A stretch of 64,000 nt of DNA, taken from the IMG/VR virus record IMGVR_UViG_3300046170_000148, positions 64,001 to 128,000 of that record. The stretch is one strand, 5' to 3'. The notes under the pieces are model-generated. The model was not told where the DNA came from and ran no database searches. It was given only the letters and a program-made list of their open reading frames with translations. Source of the DNA: a virus. A program made the position numbers and the translations under genes. Below, in pieces: positions 1 to 10,588 of this stretch; position 1 is the stretch's first letter, and every line of letters starts with the position of its first letter.

Positions 1-154
1 TCAACCACATATCTTCTTCGAGAGACTCTGGTGTAGTCGCACGAAAGATTATCGGTTCAAGGTCTGAACCTGTATCATCGATAGACTTGACCACGCGATT
101 AGATGCATCACGAGAGTCACGGTCATCAAGAAGAGTGATTATGTAGGCTTGCAT
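1..154 (-). CDS. Glycosyltransferase family 25-like protein, N-terminal part (runs off the window)
   Basis: Manual translation MQAYIITLLDDRDSRDASNRVVKSID...FRATTP resembles the N-termini of the GT25-like proteins at 7873 and 59558. Confidence 0.45.
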   Translation of the reverse strand, partial: MQAYIITLLDDRDSRDASNRVVKSIDDTGSDLEPIIFRATTPESLEEDMWL

Positions 155-893
155 CAACATCTAATACCATTTCCCAATCTTTTGCTGAGTATGCACCACC
201 ATTATAAGAGGTGTGATAATAATCATACGGTTCAGAGAGAATCTGATACCAACCCTCTTCAGCGCCCCTAAGTTTCTCTTCGTTATATAGTCGTTCTACT
301 AACTTACAGTCCCATATACGTTGTGGGTGAATAATCATTGCGTCATTTATAAAGAAACTTGAATACTCATTATCATTACAAATACGATGATGTTGTAAGT
401 TTGTTGCAGCGCTTCTTGTATTGAAACCAAGAGGCATTTCCTCTTCCCAAGACTTTTTTATTAATTCTTCCCAGTCAACTTGGTCAGACACAATCGTTTC
501 GAAACGAGCCCGAATAACAATATCTGTTTGAATATTCTTCATTATATGATTATGAATCAAAATTTGTTTGTGCCAATGAGGAGAAACTCGTTTCACATAT
601 TCCACTTGAGGACTACAATGTATATCGGGATGCATTGCGTCCCGTCTACCTTGACTCTCAGCATCAGGGTATGGTTCGATAGTCAATGGATGATAGGTAG
701 ACTCTGGTTCATCAATATAGAAGTCTGCATCATAGTCTGACTCCGTATATGTAGCCGTATAAAAGTTGTCGTGTGGAATTCTTTCTCTTAGAAGATTGGT
801 ATAATCTTCACCAGTCCACCTACCTGACACACACAACGAAACATTTATCGACACAGGTAAGTCTCCAAGTCTTCGGGTGTTCCCAGACCCCAC
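126..893 (-). CDS. Hypothetical protein, possibly glycan-modifying (likely GTG start near 853)
   Basis: 255-aa ORF; NVSLCVSGR start and DIVIRARFE motif are typical of phage glycosylation-island proteins. Confidence 0.5.
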   Translation of the reverse strand: MGSGNTRRLGDLPVSINVSLCVSGRWTGEDYTNLLRERIPHDNFYTATYTESDYDADFYIDEPESTYHPLTIEPYPDAESQGRRDAMHPDIHCSPQVEYVKRVSPHWHKQILIHNHIMKNIQTDIVIRARFETIVSDQVDWEELIKKSWEEEMPLGFNTRSAATNLQHHRICNDNEYSSFFINDAMIIHPQRIWDCKLVERLYNEEKLRGAEEGWYQILSEPYDYYHTSYNGGAYSAKDWEMVLDVDASLHNHSS

Positions 894-2167
894 ATAGTCT
901 TTGCCTCATATGTGTGTATCTGTTTACCTTCTTTGAGGGCGAGATTATACACAGGACAAACATAGAATTCATTATTCACACGAATATCATGGTAAATCAT
1001 ATCTTCGGCATAGGTTACATAATCCTTACCACGTTTCCAGTAGTAGAACCCAACAGTCGCATTGTCACTGATAGGGTTCTTCTCTGCGACCTCTACAACC
1101 ATTCCCATACCATCAGTCTTTGCGTATGACCACTTGGGGTGGGTTGCCTTGAATGTGACAAGACCACCATCAGCTTCTTTCTCGTTCATTGTATACATGA
1201 AGTCAATCGCGTCCCACTCAACATACTGGTCAGAGTTCGCGATGAACAATGGGTTATCGTTGTCGATATATTCTTTTGCAAGAAGAGTTGTGCAGGCTGC
1301 ACCTTCGGTCACACCATCGACCTCTACAATCTTACAGTTCGGTGCAATCAGGTTCAACATTGAGTCGAGGTTATATTGTTTGCGGTGTTCTTTCTGAACA
1401 ACAAAGATATAGTTTGTATCAAACCCTAGATTATCCACAACGGTCTGAATCATAGGTTTACCCTCGACATCAATCAAAGGTTTGGGAAAGGTATATCCCG
1501 CATCGGCAAAACGACTCCCCGCCCCTGCCATCGGAATCAAGACATTGAGTTTATCATCTTTCCATTTCGGTTTCACGGGTTTGTCTTTTATCTTTTCTAT
1601 TAGGTCAACGTTTACTTCTTCGGGTGAACTCACTCGTATCACATTCGCACCTGAACGATGAGCTGCAAGTAGACCTGTTGGAGAGTCCTCAATAATAACA
1701 GTTTCTTCGGGTAACACTCCACATTGAGACATTGCTTTCCAGTATATCTCTGGATGTGGTTTTGCGTGACCTACATCATCAGCAGTAATAAAAAATGAAC
1801 ATAGATGAATAACACCAATTCTGGATAGGCATTTCTCCACAGTTCTTTTAATCGCATTAGAGCATATTCCAATATCATAACGGTTTTCCTTTAGTCGTAA
1901 GAACAAATCTATAATGTCATCGTTCTGTTGTATCGTATCTAATCTATCATATGTGTTCAGTTGTTTTTCTTCGAATATCTTTTTCGACTCTGATTCAGAG
2001 TAACCCATACGAGATAGTTTGTCTTTGGTGGTCATACCATCATAGACTCTCAGGTGTTCCTCCTGAGTTATTGCACGGTTACCCAATGCTTTGTTTAGTG
2101 CTTCGTAGTGGATATCCTTTGTGTCAACCAGAACACCATCTAGGTCAAAGAGGACAAGTTTAATCAT
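845..2167 (-). CDS. Bifunctional HAD-family phosphatase / sugar-phosphate nucleotidyltransferase
   Basis: N-terminal DLDGVL, KPHP and EDS HAD motifs; C-terminal IPMAGAGSRF...PKPLI, GAACT, NSDQ and WGLGTPEDL NTP-transferase motifs. Confidence 0.9.
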   Translation of the reverse strand: MIKLVLFDLDGVLVDTKDIHYEALNKALGNRAITQEEHLRVYDGMTTKDKLSRMGYSESESKKIFEEKQLNTYDRLDTIQQNDDIIDLFLRLKENRYDIGICSNAIKRTVEKCLSRIGVIHLCSFFITADDVGHAKPHPEIYWKAMSQCGVLPEETVIIEDSPTGLLAAHRSGANVIRVSSPEEVNVDLIEKIKDKPVKPKWKDDKLNVLIPMAGAGSRFADAGYTFPKPLIDVEGKPMIQTVVDNLGFDTNYIFVVQKEHRKQYNLDSMLNLIAPNCKIVEVDGVTEGAACTTLLAKEYIDNDNPLFIANSDQYVEWDAIDFMYTMNEKEADGGLVTFKATHPKWSYAKTDGMGMVVEVAEKNPISDNATVGFYYWKRGKDYVTYAEDMIYHDIRVNNEFYVCPVYNLALKEGKQIHTYEAKTMWGLGTPEDLETYLCR

Positions 2168-2781
2168 TTGGTCAATGCGATGATATATGTGTCACCACAC
2201 TTTGTTTCTTTGCGTCTATCATATGTCTTATGATTATATTTTTCAAGTGTTGTCATAAAATGATTATGTTTCAATACATCATATAAGTCAAGACGATTTT
2301 GAATCCACGGGTTAGACATTTCGTTTTGACTCATTCTATGTAAAGGCCAGATATCTTCGATGAAATATGTTCCATCCTCTTTTAAAAAAGAAATACAGTT
2401 CTCAAAAGTCAGTCGATTTGCTTCAGGCCAATGTGCGCCATCATCAATAATAAAGTCAAACTTCACATCACCCCATTCACTCTTAATCTTACTTCCAAGA
2501 GACGCATCCATAGAGTCTGCTTTTAACCAGTGAACACGTTCTTCACTCAAAATATCCAACTCCTCTGGTAGAGTCCTCACGAAGATGTCAATCGTATAGA
2601 TGTTCGCATTCGGAAAGTATTCATGAAACGCACGAGTTGATGCACCCTTGAAAGTTCCAATCTCAAGAAGATTAATTTGTTCTTCTCTCACGGGTTCAAA
2701 GTATTTCTCATATTCTTTATAGTAGTGATGTTTTTCTGTTCCTTTATCACACTGATATTTGTCAAATAGTTCTTTAAGCAT
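2164..2781 (-). CDS. Class I SAM-dependent O-methyltransferase
   Basis: DKG..HHY, LLEIG..GAS, FDFIIDDGAH and GTYFIED motifs; start MLKELF at 2781. Confidence 0.85.
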   Translation of the reverse strand: MLKELFDKYQCDKGTEKHHYYKEYEKYFEPVREEQINLLEIGTFKGASTRAFHEYFPNANIYTIDIFVRTLPEELDILSEERVHWLKADSMDASLGSKIKSEWGDVKFDFIIDDGAHWPEANRLTFENCISFLKEDGTYFIEDIWPLHRMSQNEMSNPWIQNRLDLYDVLKHNHFMTTLEKYNHKTYDRRKETKCGDTYIIALTK

Positions 2782-3473
2782 TCCAATAGTTCCTTGTTGG
2801 GCCTGTGTCGAAGTCATAACCCCAGTGGTCGATGTCTTGTTTATACCAATCCGCGACAATCTGTGTTGTCTCTGGTGTATATATGTCTTTGTAATGAATC
2901 CCGTGTCCCGTCTTACCTTTGTCATTAGGCACACGGGTTACGTTTCTTGGTTCAGGATTTGCGAGAGTTCCGAAGTATTGTTTTACATCATCATTATAGT
3001 TCTCAAATCTAAGGATATCACACTTCACATTACCGTTCTCATCGGCTACATGAAAATGCGATGGATACCAGTTACGAACTGCACGATGCCACATATACTC
3101 TTCCCCGCCCCACTTATGTCGTTCCTCAAGGAATGCCTCAAACGAAGAGATGTCTGCATATTCTGGTGGTTGTGTCCCCTCATGCAAGATTACTTTCTTT
3201 GCAAACAGATATCGAGAGACAACTCTATCCCACGGATTACGGCACAATCGCAACCGCACGGAACTGGTCACGAAGGTCTGACCGCCAGTATCTCAGTGGA
3301 GCATGTTCGTAACCCTGATGGTCTTGAGTCTTTTTCATCTTCTCAACCAGACCTTTGGTATATTTCTTATTGATATGATGGTCAGGTTGTGCGAGTAACA
3401 CTTGTTTGCGGATGTCCATATTCTTGCGAATCGTCATACCACCGTTTTTTGGAATGTGAACAAATAGTTTCAT
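2774..3473 (-). CDS. Sulfotransferase family 2 protein (frameshifted near 3240-3300)
   Basis: FVHIPKNGG (5'-PSB) in ORF 3237-3485; RNPWDRVVSRY (3'-PB) and YxxDIDHWGY in ORF 2774-3271. Confidence 0.8.
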
Positions 3474-4009
3474 TTTCTTTCCCACTTTACATACATTCTA
3501 TTCTGGTCAGGCATAAACTCCGTGACCTTATAACCCGTTGCTTCTGAAAGCATTATATGATGATTTATATGCCATTCAAAGAAAGGAACTTTGTTCACAT
3601 TCTTATTGTCATGGTCACGATGGCCTGGATTACATCTCCAGTAGATACGCGACTTATCTTTCATACAGAACTTAGTCAAGTTATCGATTTGTTTTGCAAC
3701 ATCCGTAAACTCACCAAAGTTAATACTACCTAAACAAAACGCAACATCAAACTTCTCTTGAGGTTTATAGTCCTCTATTGCCACCTGTTCGTCTGACCCA
3801 ATGTCTGTAATATCGATACCGTGTAAGTTTTTAAGGTGTCTTTTAAAAGGATTAACCCCACAACCCACGTCAAGCACAGATTCTGTATCATTAATTTCAT
3901 CTATCAATCTCCATCCAGTCCAGTAATAACTATCAAGTCCTGCGGTGCGGGAACTCGGCCAATCATATGTGAAATAATCTCTTAACCATTCTCTGTCGTA
4001 GGTAACCAT
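3470..4009 (-). CDS. Class I SAM-dependent methyltransferase
   Basis: VLDVGCG, GID and FDVAFCLGS motifs. Confidence 0.8.
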   Translation of the reverse strand: MVTYDREWLRDYFTYDWPSSRTAGLDSYYWTGWRLIDEINDTESVLDVGCGVNPFKRHLKNLHGIDITDIGSDEQVAIEDYKPQEKFDVAFCLGSINFGEFTDVAKQIDNLTKFCMKDKSRIYWRCNPGHRDHDNKNVNKVPFFEWHINHHIMLSEATGYKVTEFMPDQNRMYVKWERK

Positions 4010-4519
4010 ATATAGTAATCTCTTTTTCCATCATTATGTTTTTCAAGTTCATGTTCTTGAACAAATTCCGTGATGAGAAGGTTCTGCATCTGTATCTGTT
4101 CTATCATATTGTCATCATCTCGATACCAATTGTAGTTAGGATACTTGATATTCCAACCACCACATTGATGCCACCAATCGAAACATTCTTGGTTAGTTCT
4201 ATATACCAAATGAATAGGACAACCAAAGTCCATGAGATATGGTAAGTGATATGCAAATGTGTGAGACTTGATTACGCGAATGCCCTCACCACTGAAAGGT
4301 TCGTCCCAGTGTTTCTCTTCGTTTCTAAACTCCATGCCAGGGGTCAAAGTATGCACCCCTATGCATCAAGTCTTTACAACCATCACGACCACGCCAATAC
4401 TCTCGTTCAGGTGACATATCTGTCTTGTCAAGGTCATCACGAGTGTATAGGTGGTCTTCTACATATCCACTCCAACGACTGCCTGGCGCACCTGTTACGA
4501 AGATATACTTACCGTTCAT
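3982..4519 (-). CDS. P-loop/sulfotransferase-like protein (frameshifted near 4340)
   Basis: IFVTGAPGSRWS N-terminus; IKSH and LVYR motifs in the downstream frame. Confidence 0.55.
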
Positions 4520-5147
4520 TCTTTGGTCTTATCCCATTCCATACTTGTTCATCAAGCCAGTGAGAGTCAACATGCTTTACATACTTCTCATTCTGGTTCT
4601 CACTGATTGTCTTATTTATTCGTTCATCATCATATGCAATCGGGAAGTCTAGAACCTTTGACAACCACTTCAGGTATGCACCGCCATAGAGATAGAGTGA
4701 CTCGTGTGATAGGAAGTGTAGGTCTGCATCTAGATTGTAATAGTATTGTAGTGCAGTCGGCATTGTCACTTCTTTTCGGACTCGTCTCTGTTGCTCTTTA
4801 TTGATATTCTCTTCTCTTACAACGACACATACTTTCACATCGTATCCTGCGTCTTGTGCTTCTTTCACGACTTCTTGTATCTTCGGAACTTGTTTCACTC
4901 CATCATACACAAAAGGCACACTGACGTTTGCGACAATAGCAGAACCTTTCAACATACTCTTTGTCTTTGACGGGTCAACCCAACACTCTGCAAAGGGTTC
5001 TTCATCACTTGGTATCCAATACTTGTCACCAAAGTCCCACCCACTTACATATGGATGATAACCAAGAACTTTACTAAACAGATGATTACCAGACCCTTGT
5101 GGGCCTGTGACTATCAGTAGTCGTTTATACTCGTTGCTGCCCGACAT
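4509..5147 (-). CDS. P-loop/sulfotransferase-like protein
   Basis: IVTGPQGSGNHL and VVVRE motifs. Confidence 0.55.
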   Translation of the reverse strand: MSGSNEYKRLLIVTGPQGSGNHLFSKVLGYHPYVSGWDFGDKYWIPSDEEPFAECWVDPSKTKSMLKGSAIVANVSVPFVYDGVKQVPKIQEVVKEAQDAGYDVKVCVVVREENINKEQQRRVRKEVTMPTALQYYYNLDADLHFLSHESLYLYGGAYLKWLSKVLDFPIAYDDERINKTISENQNEKYVKHVDSHWLDEQVWNGIRPKNER

Positions 5148-5805
5148 AGGTTCTCACTTTCAATGGGTTGACTTCATCTGTTGGCCCTGTTGCAGAGTCA
5201 GGACTGAATACAAATAACGTAACATCCTCACCCTTATTACACATAAAATTATGTAAAACATTTCTTTCCATAACCCAACAGTCACCCGCTTTGATAGGGA
5301 ACATCTCACCATTATCAAGTTCAATCTCACCCTTGCCAGACAGAACTAATCCGATGCGTTGACTTGGGTGGGTGTGGAGAGTCTGTTTCATTCCTGCGGG
5401 GAAGTGGACATAGTTGATAACGGGGAGTCCAAGACGGCCTGGGTTTACTGCGGTGGTGTTCGTGCCACCATCCATATATGACAGGTTGCCTTTTGGATTA
5501 TCGTGTGGTATAAACATGCGGTCATCGTTGAGATGTAGACCGTAGAACTTGATGTGAGCAAACACAGATGTCTCGTTGTGTGTCTCAACCGTGAACTCAT
5601 TATCTGTCTGTCCTGCAAAACTGTTTGTCTCAACAGACCATCCATTCTTCATATGGACACTACAATCTTTGCCCATGATATAACTCGTTCCAATAGACTC
5701 GTGATTGTTGAGATAGGTCGTGTTAATACCCCTTACAACTTGGATATCATAATTCCAAATATCAGTAACCTGATAGGTCTCTGTATTCTCAATTTGTTTC
5801 ATCAT
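5125..5805 (-). CDS. Cupin-domain protein
   Basis: HTHPS..R...VLSGKGE...AGD.....NVLH cupin metal-binding motifs. Confidence 0.8.
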   Translation of the reverse strand: MMKQIENTETYQVTDIWNYDIQVVRGINTTYLNNHESIGTSYIMGKDCSVHMKNGWSVETNSFAGQTDNEFTVETHNETSVFAHIKFYGLHLNDDRMFIPHDNPKGNLSYMDGGTNTTAVNPGRLGLPVINYVHFPAGMKQTLHTHPSQRIGLVLSGKGEIELDNGEMFPIKAGDCWVMERNVLHNFMCNKGEDVTLFVFSPDSATGPTDEVNPLKVRTYVGQQRV

Positions 5806-6353
5806 AATCCTGTCACTTCTCTAATCTCATAAGGTATAAAGGGGTTTGTCATTCTTTCTGGATGCCAGACAATCGCACAGACATTACCCTTTATCCAAGA
5901 CTCTGTGTTACCTTCATCATCAATGTATAATTGTATCACATTTTGGGGTAGTTTGTCAATAGAAATATTATGAAAACTGTTCACATGCCTGTGTGTAGGT
6001 ATGTTACCATAGACGAGATGTTCGGTATCATAGTGACCCTCACAGCCCTTTGTGCTGCCACCAAGCATCTCTGTCAGGAGAAACGCACCATGACAGATAC
6101 CGAGCATGGGTTTACCCAGTCTCGACATTTCGGTTATGAGGGATACTTCTGTGAGGATGCGAATCTCTTCGTTATCCCCACCCGTAATGATGAGTAGGTC
6201 GAGAGACTCCGCAAGGGATTCATAATCTAAGTCTTCACGGTTGGGGATGGGGATGAGTTCATGACCCTTCAACAACCTATACCAGTTGTGGTCTAAAGAG
6301 TCATGAACTTGTCCGTTGTGCGTGAGGACTCGTTGTGTGAGTCCTACTCTCAT
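5802..6353 (-). CDS. Class I glutamine amidotransferase-like / peptidase C26 (gamma-glutamyl hydrolase family)
   Basis: LIITGG, GICHG nucleophile elbow, VNSFH and WHPE catalytic triad. Confidence 0.85.
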   Translation of the reverse strand: MRVGLTQRVLTHNGQVHDSLDHNWYRLLKGHELIPIPNREDLDYESLAESLDLLIITGGDNEEIRILTEVSLITEMSRLGKPMLGICHGAFLLTEMLGGSTKGCEGHYDTEHLVYGNIPTHRHVNSFHNISIDKLPQNVIQLYIDDEGNTESWIKGNVCAIVWHPERMTNPFIPYEIREVTGL

Positions 6354-7052
6354 TTACCAACCGTAGGCTGCGTTTACGAGTTCGCGTGAACCTTTTGCTT
6401 CTACTGTGTTTTCACACGAGATTTCAAACAGGTCTTTACGCATTGCTTCGATGATACCTTGAACACGACTTTGTGTAGACTCATTCGTTGCAAGTTTGCG
6501 TAACATGTATGCGCCGATACCACTGTGAAAACCTTCGTCTTTGGCAATCTCACGATAACGACCAGAGATGAAACTATCTTCGATAGTATCTGCCATCTGA
6601 TTCCAGACTGCTTCTGCACGACCTTCCGCAACCAACTGATATGCGGCGAGGACTGCTTCGTCGTTCTCTGCGTCATACTTCTCAAGCAGTGATGCACCTT
6701 TGGCAGTGTCTGCTTTTCTTTCAGCTTCAAGTGCTTGGGAGACGTTTACTTCTTCACCAGTGATATGTTCAATAACTTCCTTGACCATACGGTAGTGTTT
6801 CGCTTCGTCTGCTGCTTGTTTTGAAAGCAATTCTAATTCTCTTGGGTCTGCATCATCTTCTGCACTTGCGATTTGTGCAGAGATTTCAGACATATTCATA
6901 CGTTCATTGACCATACGACCAATGAAGTGGTCAACCATTTCCTCTTTGGAAAGGTCATTCTCGAAGTATGCCTTGACGTTCATCTTGGATGCTTCGAACA
7001 ATGCTTGGTTTTCTTTGCGAATTTTCTTCACAAACTCATTTGGATTTAACAT
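6354..7052 (-). CDS. Ferritin-like diiron protein
   Basis: Helical protein with paired E...ExxH ligand sets (NERM/DEAKH and AEGR/DEGFH). Confidence 0.8.
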   Translation of the reverse strand: MLNPNEFVKKIRKENQALFEASKMNVKAYFENDLSKEEMVDHFIGRMVNERMNMSEISAQIASAEDDADPRELELLSKQAADEAKHYRMVKEVIEHITGEEVNVSQALEAERKADTAKGASLLEKYDAENDEAVLAAYQLVAEGRAEAVWNQMADTIEDSFISGRYREIAKDEGFHSGIGAYMLRKLATNESTQSRVQGIIEAMRKDLFEISCENTVEAKGSRELVNAAYGW

Positions 7053-7086
7053 GTTAGTTCCTTATTCACTCTATTGACAATAACAG

Positions 7087-7094
7087 TATTTATA
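7087..7094 (-). promoter_or_regulatory. T4-type late promoter TATAAATA
   Basis: Exact TATAAATA about 35 nt upstream of the ferritin-like gene. Confidence 0.7.
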
Positions 7095-7880
7095 CAATTT
7101 GTTTCATCAACTCTCCAACATTCTCACCAGCGTTGGGGAGTTTGTCTTTGAGGAAGAAATGAATGAAGTGACAATCCTTCAGATTATCGACTGCACTATA
7201 CAGTCCATTCCATTTACCGTCCATGTGTTTGGTTGGAATGTTGTATCTCTTGAGGAAGTAGTTCAACAACGTCTGGTCAGTAGACCACTTCCATGCACCC
7301 TGTCCATCAACAAAGTCCTTGAACTCCATACGATTGATGAAACTATGTGGGTCTTGGCCCTTGAGATATGGTTTGAAGAGTTCACTGTTCAACAGAATCA
7401 GACCCATGTTGAAGAACTCAAACCCTAGACTATTCGGTTGGAAATCCAATTTATTACTATGGAGAGGATTATATTGCATACGAGAGTAATTGATAATCTT
7501 GTCTTTATACCAATCCTGAATACTCATCTCACGTTCACACACAGCCCCAAAGGGCTTGTTCTGTTCCAAAGTCCTCAAAGATATTTGGTGCGTCTGGTCG
7601 GATATAGATGTCTGCGTCTATGATTGCAATCTGGTCATAGTCATCCAGATAATCAAACGCATTCTCTTTCTCGTAGATAGGTAGATATCCACCATATTTC
7701 ATATAGGACTCTTCACTACGATTTGTCGCAAAGATATCTGGTTTGATACGCAACTTAGGGCTGTGTCAATACAATGTGTTCAATATCATACTTCTTACAA
7801 TATTCAGATACACTTTCAATACAGTGTTTATATAGTTTTGACGGTTTGCCTACCGACACTTGGAAAATCATTCTATTCAT
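7090..7880 (-). CDS. GT-A fold glycosyltransferase (GT8-like), broken by frameshifts near 7560 and 7760
   Basis: MNRMIFQVSVG start at 7880; IDADI DxD motif; FFNMG, DQTLLNY, KWN and FIHFF motifs. Confidence 0.75.
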
Positions 7881-8493
7881 GACTAATCGTTGCTCCAACT
7901 TTTTTATCATACACAGGAGTTGTGTAACTCACAATCCTATTCATATCTCTGTCCATGAATTCCCACATATAATCATCAACAGCTTTATCTAATTCTATAT
8001 CTATAAGACTATAATACATGGTCTCTGCGACATCAGGTGTCATATAGTATGCGTGGGTGACAGGACAAATTCTCTGTTGCGTCCCCCAATATGGGTGACC
8101 TCTAAATCTTTCGGTGTAATTTCTGTGACTCTGTTCAGAGTCAAAATCACAGAAGGCAAAGAAATTATCTTTGATAGGCATATAATCTTCGATACACATC
8201 ACATCATGTTCAATGATTGCGATAGGTTCATCTTCTTCAAAACATTTCTTCCATAGTTCTAAATGACTATAGAACCCTGCTTTCTCTGATGAACTAAAGT
8301 CTCTAAATTTCCAAAACTTTCCGAAGTTTAGATAGTTAGGCATATTGTCAGGTGTATACGCATCAAACATATTTACCTCATGATTACTCCATGACGGTAA
8401 TACCTTATTGACATAATACTGGGACACCTCATTATCAGGAATCTGTATCATCCAAATATTATCGGAAGTCATTGAGGTCGAACTCCGTCCCAT
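7873..8493 (-). CDS. Glycosyltransferase family 25-like protein
   Basis: FDAYTP, EKAGFYSHLELWKKC, IIEHD and HAYYMTP motifs. Confidence 0.7.
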   Translation of the reverse strand: MGRSSTSMTSDNIWMIQIPDNEVSQYYVNKVLPSWSNHEVNMFDAYTPDNMPNYLNFGKFWKFRDFSSSEKAGFYSHLELWKKCFEEDEPIAIIEHDVMCIEDYMPIKDNFFAFCDFDSEQSHRNYTERFRGHPYWGTQQRICPVTHAYYMTPDVAETMYYSLIDIELDKAVDDYMWEFMDRDMNRIVSYTTPVYDKKVGATISHE

Positions 8494-9418
8494 ACATATG
8501 GTGAAGGTCGCGGTTGTGATTTGAGTAAACTAGAACTTCGGGGTCATCAAGAAGAAAGTCGCACCCACGGCAGTAATCAGGATAATTTCCAGTAGTATGG
8601 TCATCACGGAGTTGACTATACTCATCACCGAACCAGATTTCTTCAATTGTGTTTTCAGATGTGTGACCGAGAACCGCTTCCTCGTCTCTGCCCAAGACTT
8701 GGCAACAAGGAGCGACAGCACCTCTTTTACCATCAAGGCCACCAACACGAATAACAACGTCTGGACTAAAAGGTCGCCCACAGGTCTTTACCTCACCTTC
8801 GCGTTTATAAGACGGGTCATACACACCACTCCAGTTGTGTAGTTTCCAAATCTCTGTTTTAACGCCTAGGTCTTCGACCAATGCTTTGTATTCGTCTAGT
8901 TCATTCTGTAGATTGTCATTGTCAGTTATCAGATGATATGTCGCAACTACACACTTTGAGTCGGTCTCATCCACATACGCCTTCATCTCGCGGATGTTCT
9001 GAATAATCTGTTCGTATGTGCCACCGACTTTATTATACATCCACTCGTTGTATTTATCAGAATTCGAACCTATAAAGGAGAATCGATAGAAGTCAAGACC
9101 CGCATCAACACAATCCTTCATGTATTGACCATGCATCTTGAATCCGTTAGAGAAGATAACAGCCTGTGCGTTATACTTCTTGACAATTCTGATATAGTCA
9201 GGTAGGTTGTTGACTGCGGTTGCCTCACCACTACCATCAAGGTTTACGACTCGTAGACCATGTTTCGCACAATCTGCCACGTTCTGTTCAAACTCTTCAA
9301 GAGTCATCTTACCCTTAAATCGTTTATCACGTCCACCTGTTCGCATATCTTGAGGACACATACTACACGAGTAGTTGCACCCACCATATACTTCTATTAC
9401 TGCTCTATCAATCTTCAT
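8459..9418 (-). CDS. Radical SAM protein with SPASM/twitch domain
   Basis: CNYSCSMCP (CxxxCxxC), GE motif, C-terminal CGRPF...PCC...CRGC. Confidence 0.9.
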   Translation of the reverse strand: MKIDRAVIEVYGGCNYSCSMCPQDMRTGGRDKRFKGKMTLEEFEQNVADCAKHGLRVVNLDGSGEATAVNNLPDYIRIVKKYNAQAVIFSNGFKMHGQYMKDCVDAGLDFYRFSFIGSNSDKYNEWMYNKVGGTYEQIIQNIREMKAYVDETDSKCVVATYHLITDNDNLQNELDEYKALVEDLGVKTEIWKLHNWSGVYDPSYKREGEVKTCGRPFSPDVVIRVGGLDGKRGAVAPCCQVLGRDEEAVLGHTSENTIEEIWFGDEYSQLRDDHTTGNYPDYCRGCDFLLDDPEVLVYSNHNRDLHHMYGTEFDLNDFR

Positions 9419-10256
9419 GATATTTTTTAATTTTGTGTAAATATTTTTTAGATTTTATTTTCATTTCATCCATACTTCGTTTAAAATCTTTACCGTCACT
9501 ACCAAACCAATCCATAACTTCTTTTCTTGCTTTTGTTATTAACTGAGGAAGTTTCTCTGGTGGCCATTTTCCCATATTCAGTTGTTGCGGTCTTCTTACA
9601 GCATTTGGCGTATTGTAATGTGTAACACCTTCCCATGATGGAATGAACATTGGTTTACCAAAATTTCTTGCAATATAATGCCACATCCCATCGTAACATA
9701 TTATAAAATCTGCCTCTGCTATTTGTTTAAATGCATCTTTAATAGGAGTTCTATAGGTTAACTCTACAGTATCCCAACCTTCCCAAGAAAGTAGCTTAAT
9801 TATATCATACCAATCATCATTTGTCAAGAACCTTTTCCAAGTTCTTGGTTTTTTCGTATTGTATGTTGGTGTCCATATTACTATTTTTTTCTTCTTTTTA
9901 GTAAAAGATTCGGGTTTAAATATCCAATCATTATAAAGAGGCTCTTTGTGACCAGAGTCAAATATCTGTCTTATCTTATTACTATCACTATTCATGTTTC
10001 CCTTCACAAACAAGTCGGAATTGAAGACATGAGTCAACACAACATCATCTTGTCGATGATACTGTGTGTGAATCCAATCTGTGCGTTGAACGATTGTCTC
10101 AGGGTCTTTGGGAGTCTCTAGGTGATTCTCGTCATGCGACCAGTGCATTTCGAGATTGACCTTTATTCCTTTTGACCATGTATAGTTATGACAAACATTG
10201 AGGGCATTCATGGAGTCACCAATACCCCATGTGCCTCGCCATCTAACTTTTTCCAT
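9408..10256 (-). CDS. Hypothetical protein, possibly GT-B/GT9-like
   Basis: GIGD near the N-terminus and ADFIICYDGMWHYIA...KP resemble heptosyltransferase-like motifs; AT-rich. Confidence 0.45.
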   Translation of the reverse strand: MEKVRWRGTWGIGDSMNALNVCHNYTWSKGIKVNLEMHWSHDENHLETPKDPETIVQRTDWIHTQYHRQDDVVLTHVFNSDLFVKGNMNSDSNKIRQIFDSGHKEPLYNDWIFKPESFTKKKKKIVIWTPTYNTKKPRTWKRFLTNDDWYDIIKLLSWEGWDTVELTYRTPIKDAFKQIAEADFIICYDGMWHYIARNFGKPMFIPSWEGVTHYNTPNAVRRPQQLNMGKWPPEKLPQLITKARKEVMDWFGSDGKDFKRSMDEMKIKSKKYLHKIKKYHED

Positions 10257-10588
10257 TACTTCTTAGTAAGTGCAGATGCCCCAAAGAATGCCGCAACGAT
10301 AGCAGCAACAGATACAAAATAGACCGAAGCAATCTCACCGATAATCACGGCTGCTTTATCTAAACCAAACAGACTGGTCATGAAGATACCCGCAGGGTAT
10401 AACAACATACCCAAGAGGGCAAACCATGCCATCTTGCGTTGTGCATCTGCCTTCTCATCTTCATTCTCAAATCTACGCATCTCTTCCGCTCTCGCGAGTT
10501 CTTCATCAGTCACTACACCATCTCCATCTAAATCATATTTGTCATAAATTGATTGTTCTTGTAATTGTTTGTTCTTTTTTCTAGCCAT
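10256..10588 (-). CDS. Small membrane protein with an EF-hand-like loop and two TM helices
   Basis: DLDGDGVVTDEE followed by two hydrophobic segments. Confidence 0.6.
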   Translation of the reverse strand: MARKKNKQLQEQSIYDKYDLDGDGVVTDEELARAEEMRRFENEDEKADAQRKMAWFALLGMLLYPAGIFMTSLFGLDKAAVIIGEIASVYFVSVAAIVAAFFGASALTKK

